Origin: a candidate division FCPU426 bacterium
Lineage (GTDB): Bacteria > Oederibacteriota > Muellerivitia > Muellerivitales > Muellerivitaceae
DNA: 64,000 nucleotides
Assembly (NCBI GenBank): GCA_963771075.1
Contig: CAVYSE010000006.1
Location: 32,001-96,000, forward strand
Direction: 5' to 3'
Part shown: positions 1 through 8,220 of the stretch, piece by piece
Layout of the letters: each line of letters starts with the position of its first letter
How positions within the stretch are numbered: the first letter of the stretch is position 1
Notes under the pieces: model-generated
The model's input: only the letters and a program-made list of their open reading frames with translations
The model's database searches: none
Told to the model about the DNA's origin: nothing
Made by a program: the position numbers and the translations under genes

Positions 1-265
1 GCGGTCTCAGGAGGCGCGGGTCCTTGCCCAAAATTTCCTTCACCTCTTTTTTTGAAAATATATGATTGCCTGAGGTGATTACGTCGATTCCCATATCGAC
101 CATTTGCTTGAAGGAGTCGGGTTGGATGCCGGTACCGTTGGCGATGTTTTCCCCATTCGCCACTATGAAATCAATGGAGTAATCCGCTTTCATGCGGGAG
201 AGACTGTTATGGACGGCATGTCGGCCGGGTTTTCCGACAACGTCGCCAATCATGAGGATGTTCAT
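1..265 (-). CDS. ymdB: YmdB/TIGR00282-family metallophosphoesterase, 5' part (runs off the window start)
   Basis: Not in the ORF track. Manual translation from ATG at 265 gives MNILMIGDVVGKPGR...IVANGEN...IDVITSGNH...LLRP, the YmdB motifs. Confidence 0.9.
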   Translation of the reverse strand, partial: MNILMIGDVVGKPGRHAVHNSLSRMKADYSIDFIVANGENIANGTGIQPDSFKQMVDMGIDVITSGNHIFSKKEVKEILGKDPRLLRP

Positions 266-344
266 GGGAAAGCCTTTCTGGCATGGAATTGCCCAAAGAG
301 TAATCAAAAGAGCCGGGAAAGGCAATTGGATGGCAAAAGAAAAC

Positions 345-368
345 ATTCACCGCGACGACGTGAATAAA
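345..368. repeat. REP-like arm, inverted partner of 1514-1537; related copy at about 6838-6867
   Basis: ATTCACCGCGACGACGTGAATAAA versus the reverse complement of 1514-1537, ATTCGCCGAGAAGACGCGAAGAAA (19/24 identical). Confidence 0.55.
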
Positions 369-429
369 GGAAAAAAACCTAAAATTCATTCTGAAACACT
401 AAGAAGTGAAGAACTTTGAAAAGTAAATT

Positions 430-1481
430 GCTGAATTCAACCAGTAAGTGCAACACCTAGGCGAAAGACTTGCTCCGGCGTTTTGAAGCCAAGACACTTG
501 CGGGGACGACCATTGAGAATCCGTTCCACGCGCCTGACTTGAGCTGGGGTTATGTTAGCAAAATCGGTTTTCTTCGGATAGAAGCGTCGAATCAAACCGT
601 TGGTGTTTTCCACGGTGCCTTTTTCCCAACTGTGGAATGGCAGGCAGAAGAAAGACCTAGTGCCCAAAACGGCATTGACCTGGAGGTGTTCGACGTTCTC
701 CGAGCCGTTGTCATAGGTGATGGTCCTGCGGAGTCCCTTGGAAAATTGACCGAGGCGACGATTGATAGCCATACGGGTATTTGACGCGGATTTCTGGGGC
801 AGCCAAGCAAGTTTTACCAGTCGGCTCTTTCTTTCGACCATGACCAAGATAGAAGCTTTGCTCTGCCTGGAAATGATAGTGTCCATCTCCCAGTGGCCGT
901 ATTGGTCCCGTGCCTTGACGATGGCAGGGCGTTGGGTGATTGAAACGCGTTGTGGGATATGGCTTTTGCGGTGATTGTGGGAATGCCATTGCCGAAGTCG
1001 TTTTCGATGGGAGCGAGCCAAGAAGGGAATGAGATGCCGAGCTTTGCTATAGATGAACTGGTAGACGGCCTCGTGGGAAATGGAGATTTTGGATTTCTCC
1101 TGGTGAAGTTGACCGGCGATTTGTTCGGGTGAAAGACCTTGCCGAAGTTTACGCAAGACATACCGGCGCAGTTCGGGTTTCTTGAGCCGAAAGTGAGTTC
1201 GAGAGATCTGGTTGCGCAAGATGGCCCGATCGTGAGCCCTGGCAGGAAGATACCGGCCGGGACGTAAGGGAGGGGCGTTGCGCTTCAACTCTCGGGAAAC
1301 GCTGGAAACATCACGGCCAAGGCGTTTGGCGATTTTTCGCAGGGAAAGGCCTTGAGCCTTCCAAATAGAGATTTTTTCACGTTCGGCTAACAATAGATGC
1401 CTGTAGGATTGTTTCATGAAACTTAGGATAACCCCCGGGTTCTGCCGGGCCTAAGTGTTGCACTTCGTTATTGAACTGGGG
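430..1481 (-). mobile_element. IS30-family insertion sequence, apparently complete
   Basis: Imperfect terminal inverted repeats (GCTGAATTCAACCAGTAAGTGCAACACCTAGGC at 430-462; its complement at 1449-1481) enclose the transposase. Both sides are flanked by ATT (427-429 and 1482-1484). Confidence 0.9.
437..1417 (-). CDS. IS30-family DDE transposase
   Basis: N-terminal HTH (SLRKIAKRLGRDVSSVSRELKRN) plus GHWEMDT, TYDNGSE and WEKGTVENTNGLIRRFYPK motifs. Confidence 0.95.
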   Translation of the reverse strand: MKQSYRHLLLAEREKISIWKAQGLSLRKIAKRLGRDVSSVSRELKRNAPPLRPGRYLPARAHDRAILRNQISRTHFRLKKPELRRYVLRKLRQGLSPEQIAGQLHQEKSKISISHEAVYQFIYSKARHLIPFLARSHRKRLRQWHSHNHRKSHIPQRVSITQRPAIVKARDQYGHWEMDTIISRQSKASILVMVERKSRLVKLAWLPQKSASNTRMAINRRLGQFSKGLRRTITYDNGSENVEHLQVNAVLGTRSFFCLPFHSWEKGTVENTNGLIRRFYPKKTDFANITPAQVRRVERILNGRPRKCLGFKTPEQVFRLGVALTG

Positions 1482-1553
1482 ATTAACGGAATTAACTTAA
1501 AAATTCTTTTGGTTTTCTTCGCGTCTTCTCGGCGAATTGATTTTTTTTGGCCG

Positions 1554-2162
1554 TTATTTGCCACAAGGATGGTAGCCGGTTTCGCAAAGAACCGCCTTGA
1601 CCGGGATATCGTGGGGACCGGCAGGCACCTGCTCCACGAGTTGGAATGCGTACCCCAGGCCCACCACCAGGCATGATTTTTTCAATCGGGGAATGACCCT
1701 GTCGTAAAAACCCTTGCCGAAACCCAATCGGTTTCCGTTACGGTCAAAGGCGAGGCCGGGGGCCAACACCAGTTCCAAATCATTCCAGTCGGCCGCCTTG
1801 GTCGACGTCGGTTCCAGGATGCCGAATGGACCGGGCTTCAAATTCTTCAGGTCCGTGACCAGGTGAAACTCAAAATGAGCCATGTCCTTGGTGACCTTAG
1901 GAAGATAAAGCTTTTTTCCGGAAGAAAGGGTGCCTTCCAATATGGGATAGGTGTTGATCTCATGGGGTATGGAGGCGAAAGCGCCTATTCCCTTGGCTTT
2001 TAGGTATTCGGGCCTGGCCTTCAGGATGTTCCAAACCCCCTGGGAGGCGGTTTCGGCGAGGCCTGAATCAACCGAATCCCGAATTAATTTCAGCTTTTCC
2101 CTCAATTCGTTTTTGGAATCTTTTGGTGTTTCCATGGGGGTCAAGGGGTCCTTATTCGCCAT
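1554..2162 (-). CDS. 5-formyltetrahydrofolate cyclo-ligase
   Basis: PGLAFDRNGNRLGFGKGFYDR and HDIPV motifs; lies downstream of 6S RNA, its usual neighbourhood. Confidence 0.93.
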   Translation of the reverse strand: MANKDPLTPMETPKDSKNELREKLKLIRDSVDSGLAETASQGVWNILKARPEYLKAKGIGAFASIPHEINTYPILEGTLSSGKKLYLPKVTKDMAHFEFHLVTDLKNLKPGPFGILEPTSTKAADWNDLELVLAPGLAFDRNGNRLGFGKGFYDRVIPRLKKSCLVVGLGYAFQLVEQVPAGPHDIPVKAVLCETGYHPCGK

Positions 2163-3510
2163 GCGATTGTTCCTTTTTCCTGGAGGCTTCGGTTGATGCC
2201 TGGGCCAATTCCTTCAGGTGCTCCATCCAGGCCTTAATCTTAGCCTCATACCCCAAATGGGTGGGAATGTAATATTGGGGAAGGTTGGGAGCGTATTCCT
2301 GACCCACGTAATGGTCCTGAAAATTGTGGGCGTACTGGTATCCGACCCCCTTGCCCAAGGCCTTCATGCCGGGGTGGGGCGCGTTGCGCAAATGATCAGG
2401 CACCTCTTTGGCGGTTTCTTTCTTCACATCCTCTGTCGCGTTTTCCAAGCCCATGTAGGATGCGTTGCTCTTGGGCGCGGTCGCCAAGTAAACCGTGGCT
2501 TGGGCAAGGGGAATGCGCCCCTCCGGCAAGCCAAGGAATTCAAAAGCCTGCTGGGCGGCGGAAGCGACCAACAAGGCCTGGGGATCGGCGTTGCCCACGT
2601 CCTCGGAGGCTGAAATCACGAGCCGACGGGCTATAAAACGCGGGTCTTCCCCCGCATACAGCATTTTGGCGAGCCAGTAGAGGGCGGCGTCCGGGTCCGA
2701 TCCCCGGATGCTCTTGATGAAGGCGGAGATGGTGTCGTAATGACCGTCACCGGTGGAATCATAACGGATCATGCGTTTCTGAATGGATTCCTGGGCCACT
2801 TCCAAAGTGAAGTCGATGGTCCCATCCTTTTCGGGAGGGGTGGTGAGGACACCGACTTCCAAGGCATTCAAAAGGGTCCGGGCATCCCCGCCGCAAGCCT
2901 TGAGCAGGTGGTCCGCCGCCTTGGGTGAAAGCTGGACAGGAGTTTGTCCCAGGCCCCTTTCCATATCCCTAAGGGCTCGTTCCATTATGAGGCGCAGATG
3001 TTTTTCCTCGAGAGGTTTTAACTCGCATACTCTTGAGCGGGAAAGGAGGGCGTTATTAAGGGCAAAGAACGGGTTTTGGGTGGTCGCTCCCACCAAAATC
3101 AGTGTGCCTTGTTCCAGGTGCGGAAGCAGGGCGTCCTGTTGGCTTTTGTTGAAATGGTGGATTTCATCAAGAAACAGGATGGTCGAGCGCTGGTAGAGTT
3201 TTTTGTTTTCCGTAGCCTCATCGAACACCTTGCGGAGGTCGGCGAGGCCTGAGGTCACGGCATTGAGGGCGGTAAATCGGCTCTTGGTACGCCTTGCGAC
3301 CAAACGGGCAAAGGCGGTCTTGCCGGTTCCAGGAGGGCCGTAAAGGATCAGGGATATGACCCGGTTGGATTCAAGTAGCCGACGCAAAAGTTTTCCCTCG
3401 CCCAGCAAATGTTCCTGGCCCATATATTCCTCGAGGCTTTTGGGGGACATGCGGATAGCGAGGGGGCGGACGGGGTCTTTTTCTTCCGGGATCGAATCGA
3501 ATAAATCCAT
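2152..3510 (-). CDS. rarA: Replication-associated recombination protein A (RarA/MgsA AAA+ ATPase)
   Basis: GPPGTGKT, DEIHHFNKSQQDALLP, ISAFIKSIRGSDPDAALYWLA and ASEDVGNADP motifs. Confidence 0.95.
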   Translation of the reverse strand: MDLFDSIPEEKDPVRPLAIRMSPKSLEEYMGQEHLLGEGKLLRRLLESNRVISLILYGPPGTGKTAFARLVARRTKSRFTALNAVTSGLADLRKVFDEATENKKLYQRSTILFLDEIHHFNKSQQDALLPHLEQGTLILVGATTQNPFFALNNALLSRSRVCELKPLEEKHLRLIMERALRDMERGLGQTPVQLSPKAADHLLKACGGDARTLLNALEVGVLTTPPEKDGTIDFTLEVAQESIQKRMIRYDSTGDGHYDTISAFIKSIRGSDPDAALYWLAKMLYAGEDPRFIARRLVISASEDVGNADPQALLVASAAQQAFEFLGLPEGRIPLAQATVYLATAPKSNASYMGLENATEDVKKETAKEVPDHLRNAPHPGMKALGKGVGYQYAHNFQDHYVGQEYAPNLPQYYIPTHLGYEAKIKAWMEHLKELAQASTEASRKKEQSHGE

Positions 3511-3575
3511 TGAGTTTTATCTTGCGCCGTTGAAGTGGGGTGGATTTGGATGGCTAAAATGGTGAAAAATAAAAA

Positions 3576-3757
3576 AGCCCCCGCCTGTGCCGGTTGAAAC
3601 AGTACTCTTTTGAGGCCTGACAAGAGTCAGGTGGGTTCCCGCCCGGACGGTTCAATCGCTTCCGAAGAAGACTATCCCCGGCAGGTGTATGGGAACCCGT
3701 TTTTTGTTTTGTGGCTCAAAATTTCCCATTCCAAGGTCGAACACCGCAGAAGGCCTG
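3576..3757 (-). ncRNA. ssrS: 6S RNA
   Basis: About 180 nt with 6S-like motifs (CTGCGGTGTTCG...TTGAGCC...CCCACCTG...CGGCACAGGCGG) and complementary ends. It has its own promoter and a 3' T-run, and lies upstream of the cyclo-ligase. Confidence 0.85.
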
Positions 3758-3763
3758 AAGGCT

Positions 3764-3791
3764 ATTCTAGGACCCGCCCCATCGGTGTCAA
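3764..3791 (-). promoter_or_regulatory. Sigma70-type promoter of 6S RNA
   Basis: TTGACA-16 nt-TAGAAT on the minus strand. Confidence 0.7.
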
Positions 3792-4010
3792 GTTGGCGAA
3801 ATCTTTAGTAATCGGGGAAGTGTCGGTGGGCCTTGACAAGTGTTCCGTTTTGTCTGTTCAACTCAAATTTGAATAGGGGCGAGCGGAAAGGTTCCAATCA
3901 ATTGTTGAGTATTGGGAAATCCTTCGGCACAATGCTTGGAATTCGAAGTTCCCGAATTGCCAAGAAGGTTGGAATGGGTTTTCGCGCAGTCATGTGGGGG
4001 AGGTAGGTTG

Positions 4011-4301
4011 ATGCCGGTTATGGTTAGAACATTCAATATACCCCGATGGATGGGGCCGTTTTTGATCCTGGCCGCCCTGGCCCTGATTCCGTTTGCCCTA
4101 GTGTTGGCTTTTTCCTTAGGGGCCCTGGCGGTGGGCCTATTGGCAGTGCGGACCCTTCTTCCGGGTTCGGCCAGGCCCGCGAGCGGGCGGGTCTTCCAAG
4201 GTCCGCCCAAAGCATCTTCCCAACGCCTCGACTCTTCCCACCATCCTGTTCGGGTATTGGACGCTGAATATGAGGTAAAGGAAACCCATGAAAAAGAATA
4301 G
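4011..4301 (+). CDS. Small membrane protein of unknown function, overlapping the glgP start
   Basis: GGAGG RBS before ATG 4011, a long hydrophobic stretch and a C-terminal VLDAEYEVK motif. Confidence 0.65.
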   Translation: MPVMVRTFNIPRWMGPFLILAALALIPFALVLAFSLGALAVGLLAVRTLLPGSARPASGRVFQGPPKASSQRLDSSHHPVRVLDAEYEVKETHEKE

Positions 4302-6819
4302 CCCGGTTAAAAAGACGAAGCAGACCCAACAAACCGATGCCTCGGACCATCCCACCAGTTTTGCGATCGACCACGATTACCACAAAGGGGTTTCCCCAGA
4401 TGATTTCAAGCATTCTTATATCAACAACCTGAAATACCGCCTGGTGAAGGAGGAGGAAACGGCCACTAATTATGACCGTTTCCTGAGCCTAGCCTACGGA
4501 ATTCGGGACCGGTTGGTGGAGAATTGGGTTTCGACCCAGCGGGTATACCGTTCCCAGAAAGTCAAAAGGGTCTATTACTTTTCTCTCGAGTTCTTGATAG
4601 GACGGACGCTGGGAAATTCCATCCTGAACCTTCGTATTGAGAAGAACCTTTTAAAGGCGATGGACGAGTTCGGCCTCAAACTGGAGGAAGTACGCGATGC
4701 GGAACTGGACGCGGGTTTGGGCAACGGGGGATTGGGCCGTCTGGCGGCATGCTTCCTCGATTCGTTGGCGACCCTTGAAATTCCCGCTTACGGTTACGGA
4801 ATCCGCTATGACTACGGCATTTTCCGCCAAAAGATTGTGCGGGGTTACCAGGTGGAGGAGCCGGATGAGTGGCTGGCCAAGGAACATCCCTGGGAAATTT
4901 CACGTCCCGAATACACCTATCGAGTAAGGTTCGGGGGAAAGGTGGTTCAACGGACCTCCCGGAATGGAAAACTGGTATTTGACTGGGTGGACACAGAGGA
5001 TGTGCTGGCCCAGGCTTATGACACCCCGGTTCCGGGCTATGGAAATAAGACGGTCAACAACTTGAGGCTTTGGTCCGCCAAAGCAACAGCGGAATTCGAG
5101 CTGGAATTCTTTAACAAGGGAAATTATTTCGCCGCCACATCGAAAAAAACCGAGTCGGAAACCATTTCCAAGATTCTCTATCCCAACGACAACAACCTGG
5201 AGGGCCGGGAATTGCGCCTGAAGCAGCAGTATTTCTTCGTTTCAGCCTCAATCCAAGACATCCTGCGGCGGTTCAAGCGGGAACATGCCAATATCCGGGA
5301 ACTGCCCGAGGCGGCCGCCATCCAATTGAACGATACCCACCCCACCATCGCCATCGCCGAACTGATGCGTGTGCTGGTGGATGAGGAGGGCCTGGAATGG
5401 GAGAAGGCCTGGGCCATGACCAAGTCTATTTTCGCCTACACCAACCACACCCTTTTGCCCGAGGCGTTGGAAAAGTGGTCTCTGGCCCTTTTTGGAAAGT
5501 TGTTTCCCAGGCACCTGCAGATCATCCAAGAGATCAACGCGCGCTTCCTGCGGGAGGTGGCGCTCCGCTATCCCGGGGACGTGGACCGCCTAAGGCGGGT
5601 ATCCATATTTGAGGAGGGGCCGGATCCCCATATCCGAATGGCCTATTTGGCGATCATCGGAAGCCATTCGATCAACGGCGTTTCCAAGCTCCACTCGGAA
5701 CTGTTAAAAACCTCATTACTACCGGATTTTTACGAATTGTTCCCGGACCGTTTCAACAACAAGACCAACGGCATTACCCAACGCCGATGGCTTCGTAAAT
5801 GCGACGCCTCCCTGGCCAATCTGATCACCTCGCGCATCGGGGAAAATTGGATCACCGAACTCACGGAGCTTAAGAAGCTCGAGAAATACGTTTCGGACAA
5901 GAAGTTCAAGGATGAATGGCGCACCGTCAAACTCCAGAACAAGGAGAAATTGGCGGCCTTGATTGCCGCCGAACACCGGGTAGCCGTTAACCCGAACACC
6001 CTCTTTGACGTGCAGGTAAAACGGATGCATGAGTACAAACGCCAACTTTTGAACGCGCTCCATGTCATCGCCCTCTATCGGAGGCTCAAAAACGATCCAT
6101 CCTCCGTGGTTACTTCCCGCACGGTGCTTTTCGGCGGGAAGGCGGCCCCGGGTTACGCCATCGCCAAGCTCATCATCAAGTTCATCGGTTCCATCGCCGA
6201 CGTGGTCAATGAGGACCCACAGATCAAAGGCAAACTGACCGTTTTGTTCATGCCTAATTACCGCGTTTCGCTTGCGGAAAAGATCATCCCTGCCACCGAC
6301 CTGTCAGAACAGATCTCCACCGCCGGAAAGGAAGCCTCGGGCACAGGCAATATGAAATTCGCCCTCAACGGGGCCCTGACCATCGGCACGCTTGACGGCG
6401 CGAACATTGAGATCATGGAGGAGGTGGGCGAAAAAAATATCTTCATTTTCGGTCTCAAAGCCGATGAAGTGGCCAGGATTAAAAGGGAAGGATACAAACC
6501 CTGGGAATATTATGAGAAATCGCAGGAGCTAAAGGGAGTATTGGACTTGATCTCTAGCGGATTTTTCTCCCCGGAGAATCCTGAGCTTTTCAAACCCATC
6601 GTCGAATCGCTCATGTCGCATGACGAGTACCTGCTTTTGGCTGATTTTGACAGTTACCTGGAATGCCAGGACCGGGTAGCGGAACTTTATCAGGACCAGA
6701 ACAAATGGACGGAGATGTCCATCCTCAATGTGGCCCGCATGGGTAAATTTTCAAGTGACCGCGCGATCGCTGAATACTGCAAGGACATCTGGAAGATCAA
6801 AGGGGTAAAGATCCCATAA
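4288..6819 (+). CDS. glgP: Glycogen/alpha-glucan phosphorylase
   Basis: GLGNGGLGRLAACFLDS, QLNDTHP, KRMHEYKRQ and the PLP motif EASGTGNMKF. Confidence 0.97.
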   Translation: MKKNSPVKKTKQTQQTDASDHPTSFAIDHDYHKGVSPDDFKHSYINNLKYRLVKEEETATNYDRFLSLAYGIRDRLVENWVSTQRVYRSQKVKRVYYFSLEFLIGRTLGNSILNLRIEKNLLKAMDEFGLKLEEVRDAELDAGLGNGGLGRLAACFLDSLATLEIPAYGYGIRYDYGIFRQKIVRGYQVEEPDEWLAKEHPWEISRPEYTYRVRFGGKVVQRTSRNGKLVFDWVDTEDVLAQAYDTPVPGYGNKTVNNLRLWSAKATAEFELEFFNKGNYFAATSKKTESETISKILYPNDNNLEGRELRLKQQYFFVSASIQDILRRFKREHANIRELPEAAAIQLNDTHPTIAIAELMRVLVDEEGLEWEKAWAMTKSIFAYTNHTLLPEALEKWSLALFGKLFPRHLQIIQEINARFLREVALRYPGDVDRLRRVSIFEEGPDPHIRMAYLAIIGSHSINGVSKLHSELLKTSLLPDFYELFPDRFNNKTNGITQRRWLRKCDASLANLITSRIGENWITELTELKKLEKYVSDKKFKDEWRTVKLQNKEKLAALIAAEHRVAVNPNTLFDVQVKRMHEYKRQLLNALHVIALYRRLKNDPSSVVTSRTVLFGGKAAPGYAIAKLIIKFIGSIADVVNEDPQIKGKLTVLFMPNYRVSLAEKIIPATDLSEQISTAGKEASGTGNMKFALNGALTIGTLDGANIEIMEEVGEKNIFIFGLKADEVARIKREGYKPWEYYEKSQELKGVLDLISSGFFSPENPELFKPIVESLMSHDEYLLLADFDSYLECQDRVAELYQDQNKWTEMSILNVARMGKFSSDRAIAEYCKDIWKIKGVKIP

Positions 6820-6989
6820 GAAACATGCGGCCAAGGCTTTGCCGCGAAGACGTGAAGGAAAGCCAAATCTTGTTTTAAAGAAATCTTTTAGTCTATTCAG
6901 TTGGTTGTTTCGAGGTGAGAAACACATGTTTTCTTGGAGCGTGCGTTTTCGCGTTGGAAGTGGTTTTGTCGCTGTTCGAACGAAAGGTT

Positions 6990-7871
6990 TTATTCGAGAA
7001 TGGCGTCGATCTTACGGAAGAGAGCCTGAAGCTTTTCGTTGGTAGGAAAACTGGGAGGCGGCTCCAATTCCGCGGGGGATTTGAGAACGGATGGGCCTTT
7101 GGGTTGAGCCGTTTTTAATTTCTCCATCTCAATCTGGGCGTCCTTTAGTTCCTTTTGCGCTTTTTCCAGTTCTTCCAAAAGCTGCTCCGCGTCCTTGTCG
7201 GATTTGCCTTTGGCGTTTTGTGAAAGATCAAGTTCTTTTTGCGCTTTTACCAGCTCTTCCTTGACCTTTTCCATGTCTTCCTGGTTTTTTTGCATCTCGG
7301 CCTTTGTTTCACCCAGGGTGATCTTCAATTCGTTGATTTCCTTATTTTTCTCTTCTTCTTGTGTCTTTTGTGAATCAAGGGTCAACTGTGCCTTTTCGGC
7401 CTGCTTTTTCAGTTCGACAACCGTTTCTTGGGCCTTAAGGAAATCTGATTCAATCATCGATATCTTTTTCTTCGTTTCCTCTAGGTCCACCCGTGCCTTG
7501 GCGGCTTCCTCGATCAGCTGGGTTTTGTCCCCCGCTTCCGCCTTGTAACGGTCCAATTGCTCTTTCATTTCAAGGGAGTGGCGCAGGGAACCGTCTTGGG
7601 AACGCTTCATTTCCAACAGGTTTTTTTCGAGGGTCTCGATCAATTTAAGGTTCTCGCCCTTTGCTTTTTCCATGCGGTGGTATTCGTCGGCGATATTCAT
7701 GGCCGCCAGGATGGCTACTTTGGCGGCGGGGGCGGAGGATTTACGGCCAATATCCGCCATCTTGGCGTCCACAAACTTAGCCAGCTCCGAGATGTATTTA
7801 GGGTCCGCTTCACCCTTCAGAGTATATTCATTGCCGTAGATGTGGACGGTAACGGATTTGATGTCAGCCAT
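6990..7871 (-). CDS. zapA: Cell division protein ZapA with a long C-terminal coiled-coil extension
   Basis: N-terminal VTVHIYGNEYTLKG...KVAILAAMNIADEY ZapA domain, in the usual position downstream of pheT. Confidence 0.8.
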   Translation of the reverse strand: MADIKSVTVHIYGNEYTLKGEADPKYISELAKFVDAKMADIGRKSSAPAAKVAILAAMNIADEYHRMEKAKGENLKLIETLEKNLLEMKRSQDGSLRHSLEMKEQLDRYKAEAGDKTQLIEEAAKARVDLEETKKKISMIESDFLKAQETVVELKKQAEKAQLTLDSQKTQEEEKNKEINELKITLGETKAEMQKNQEDMEKVKEELVKAQKELDLSQNAKGKSDKDAEQLLEELEKAQKELKDAQIEMEKLKTAQPKGPSVLKSPAELEPPPSFPTNEKLQALFRKIDAILE

Positions 7872-8220
7872 GTTGTTCCTCCGAAAGCGATTCGGAGTCT
7901 TCCACCAAGTGAAATTCTTTGGCTAAGGTTTCCAGCCTCTGCAGGTTGGTCTTGACCTTCTTCAGGTCTTCGAGGGCCTCGTCATATTGGTGTCGTAGGC
8001 GAGTTTCCTCCGGGCTGGGGCCCGGGGCGAGTGCGGGGATAGCAGGGGCTGGTTCCGATTCCTTTTCTTTCAATTGATTTTGAAGAAGGACGTTTTCTTT
8101 CATGAGGGCCGCATTGGCGTTTCGGAGTTGAACGATGGCTTCCAAGAGCCGGTTGATCCGGTTTTCAAGTAGTGGCCAGGGGGTCGGCGGCTCGATAGGA
8201 AAGAGTTCATCGAATGGCAA
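7864..8220 (-). CDS. Coiled-coil protein, ZapB-like by position
   Basis: LENRINRLLEAIVQLR heptads; overlaps both pheT and zapA. Confidence 0.6.
   Translation of the reverse strand: MPFDELFPIEPPTPWPLLENRINRLLEAIVQLRNANAALMKENVLLQNQLKEKESEPAPAIPALAPGPSPEETRLRHQYDEALEDLKKVKTNLQRLETLAKEFHLVEDSESLSEEQHG

Noticed and set aside
3610..3876. 88-aa ORF
   Set aside because: It overlaps the 6S RNA and its promoter on the opposite strand.
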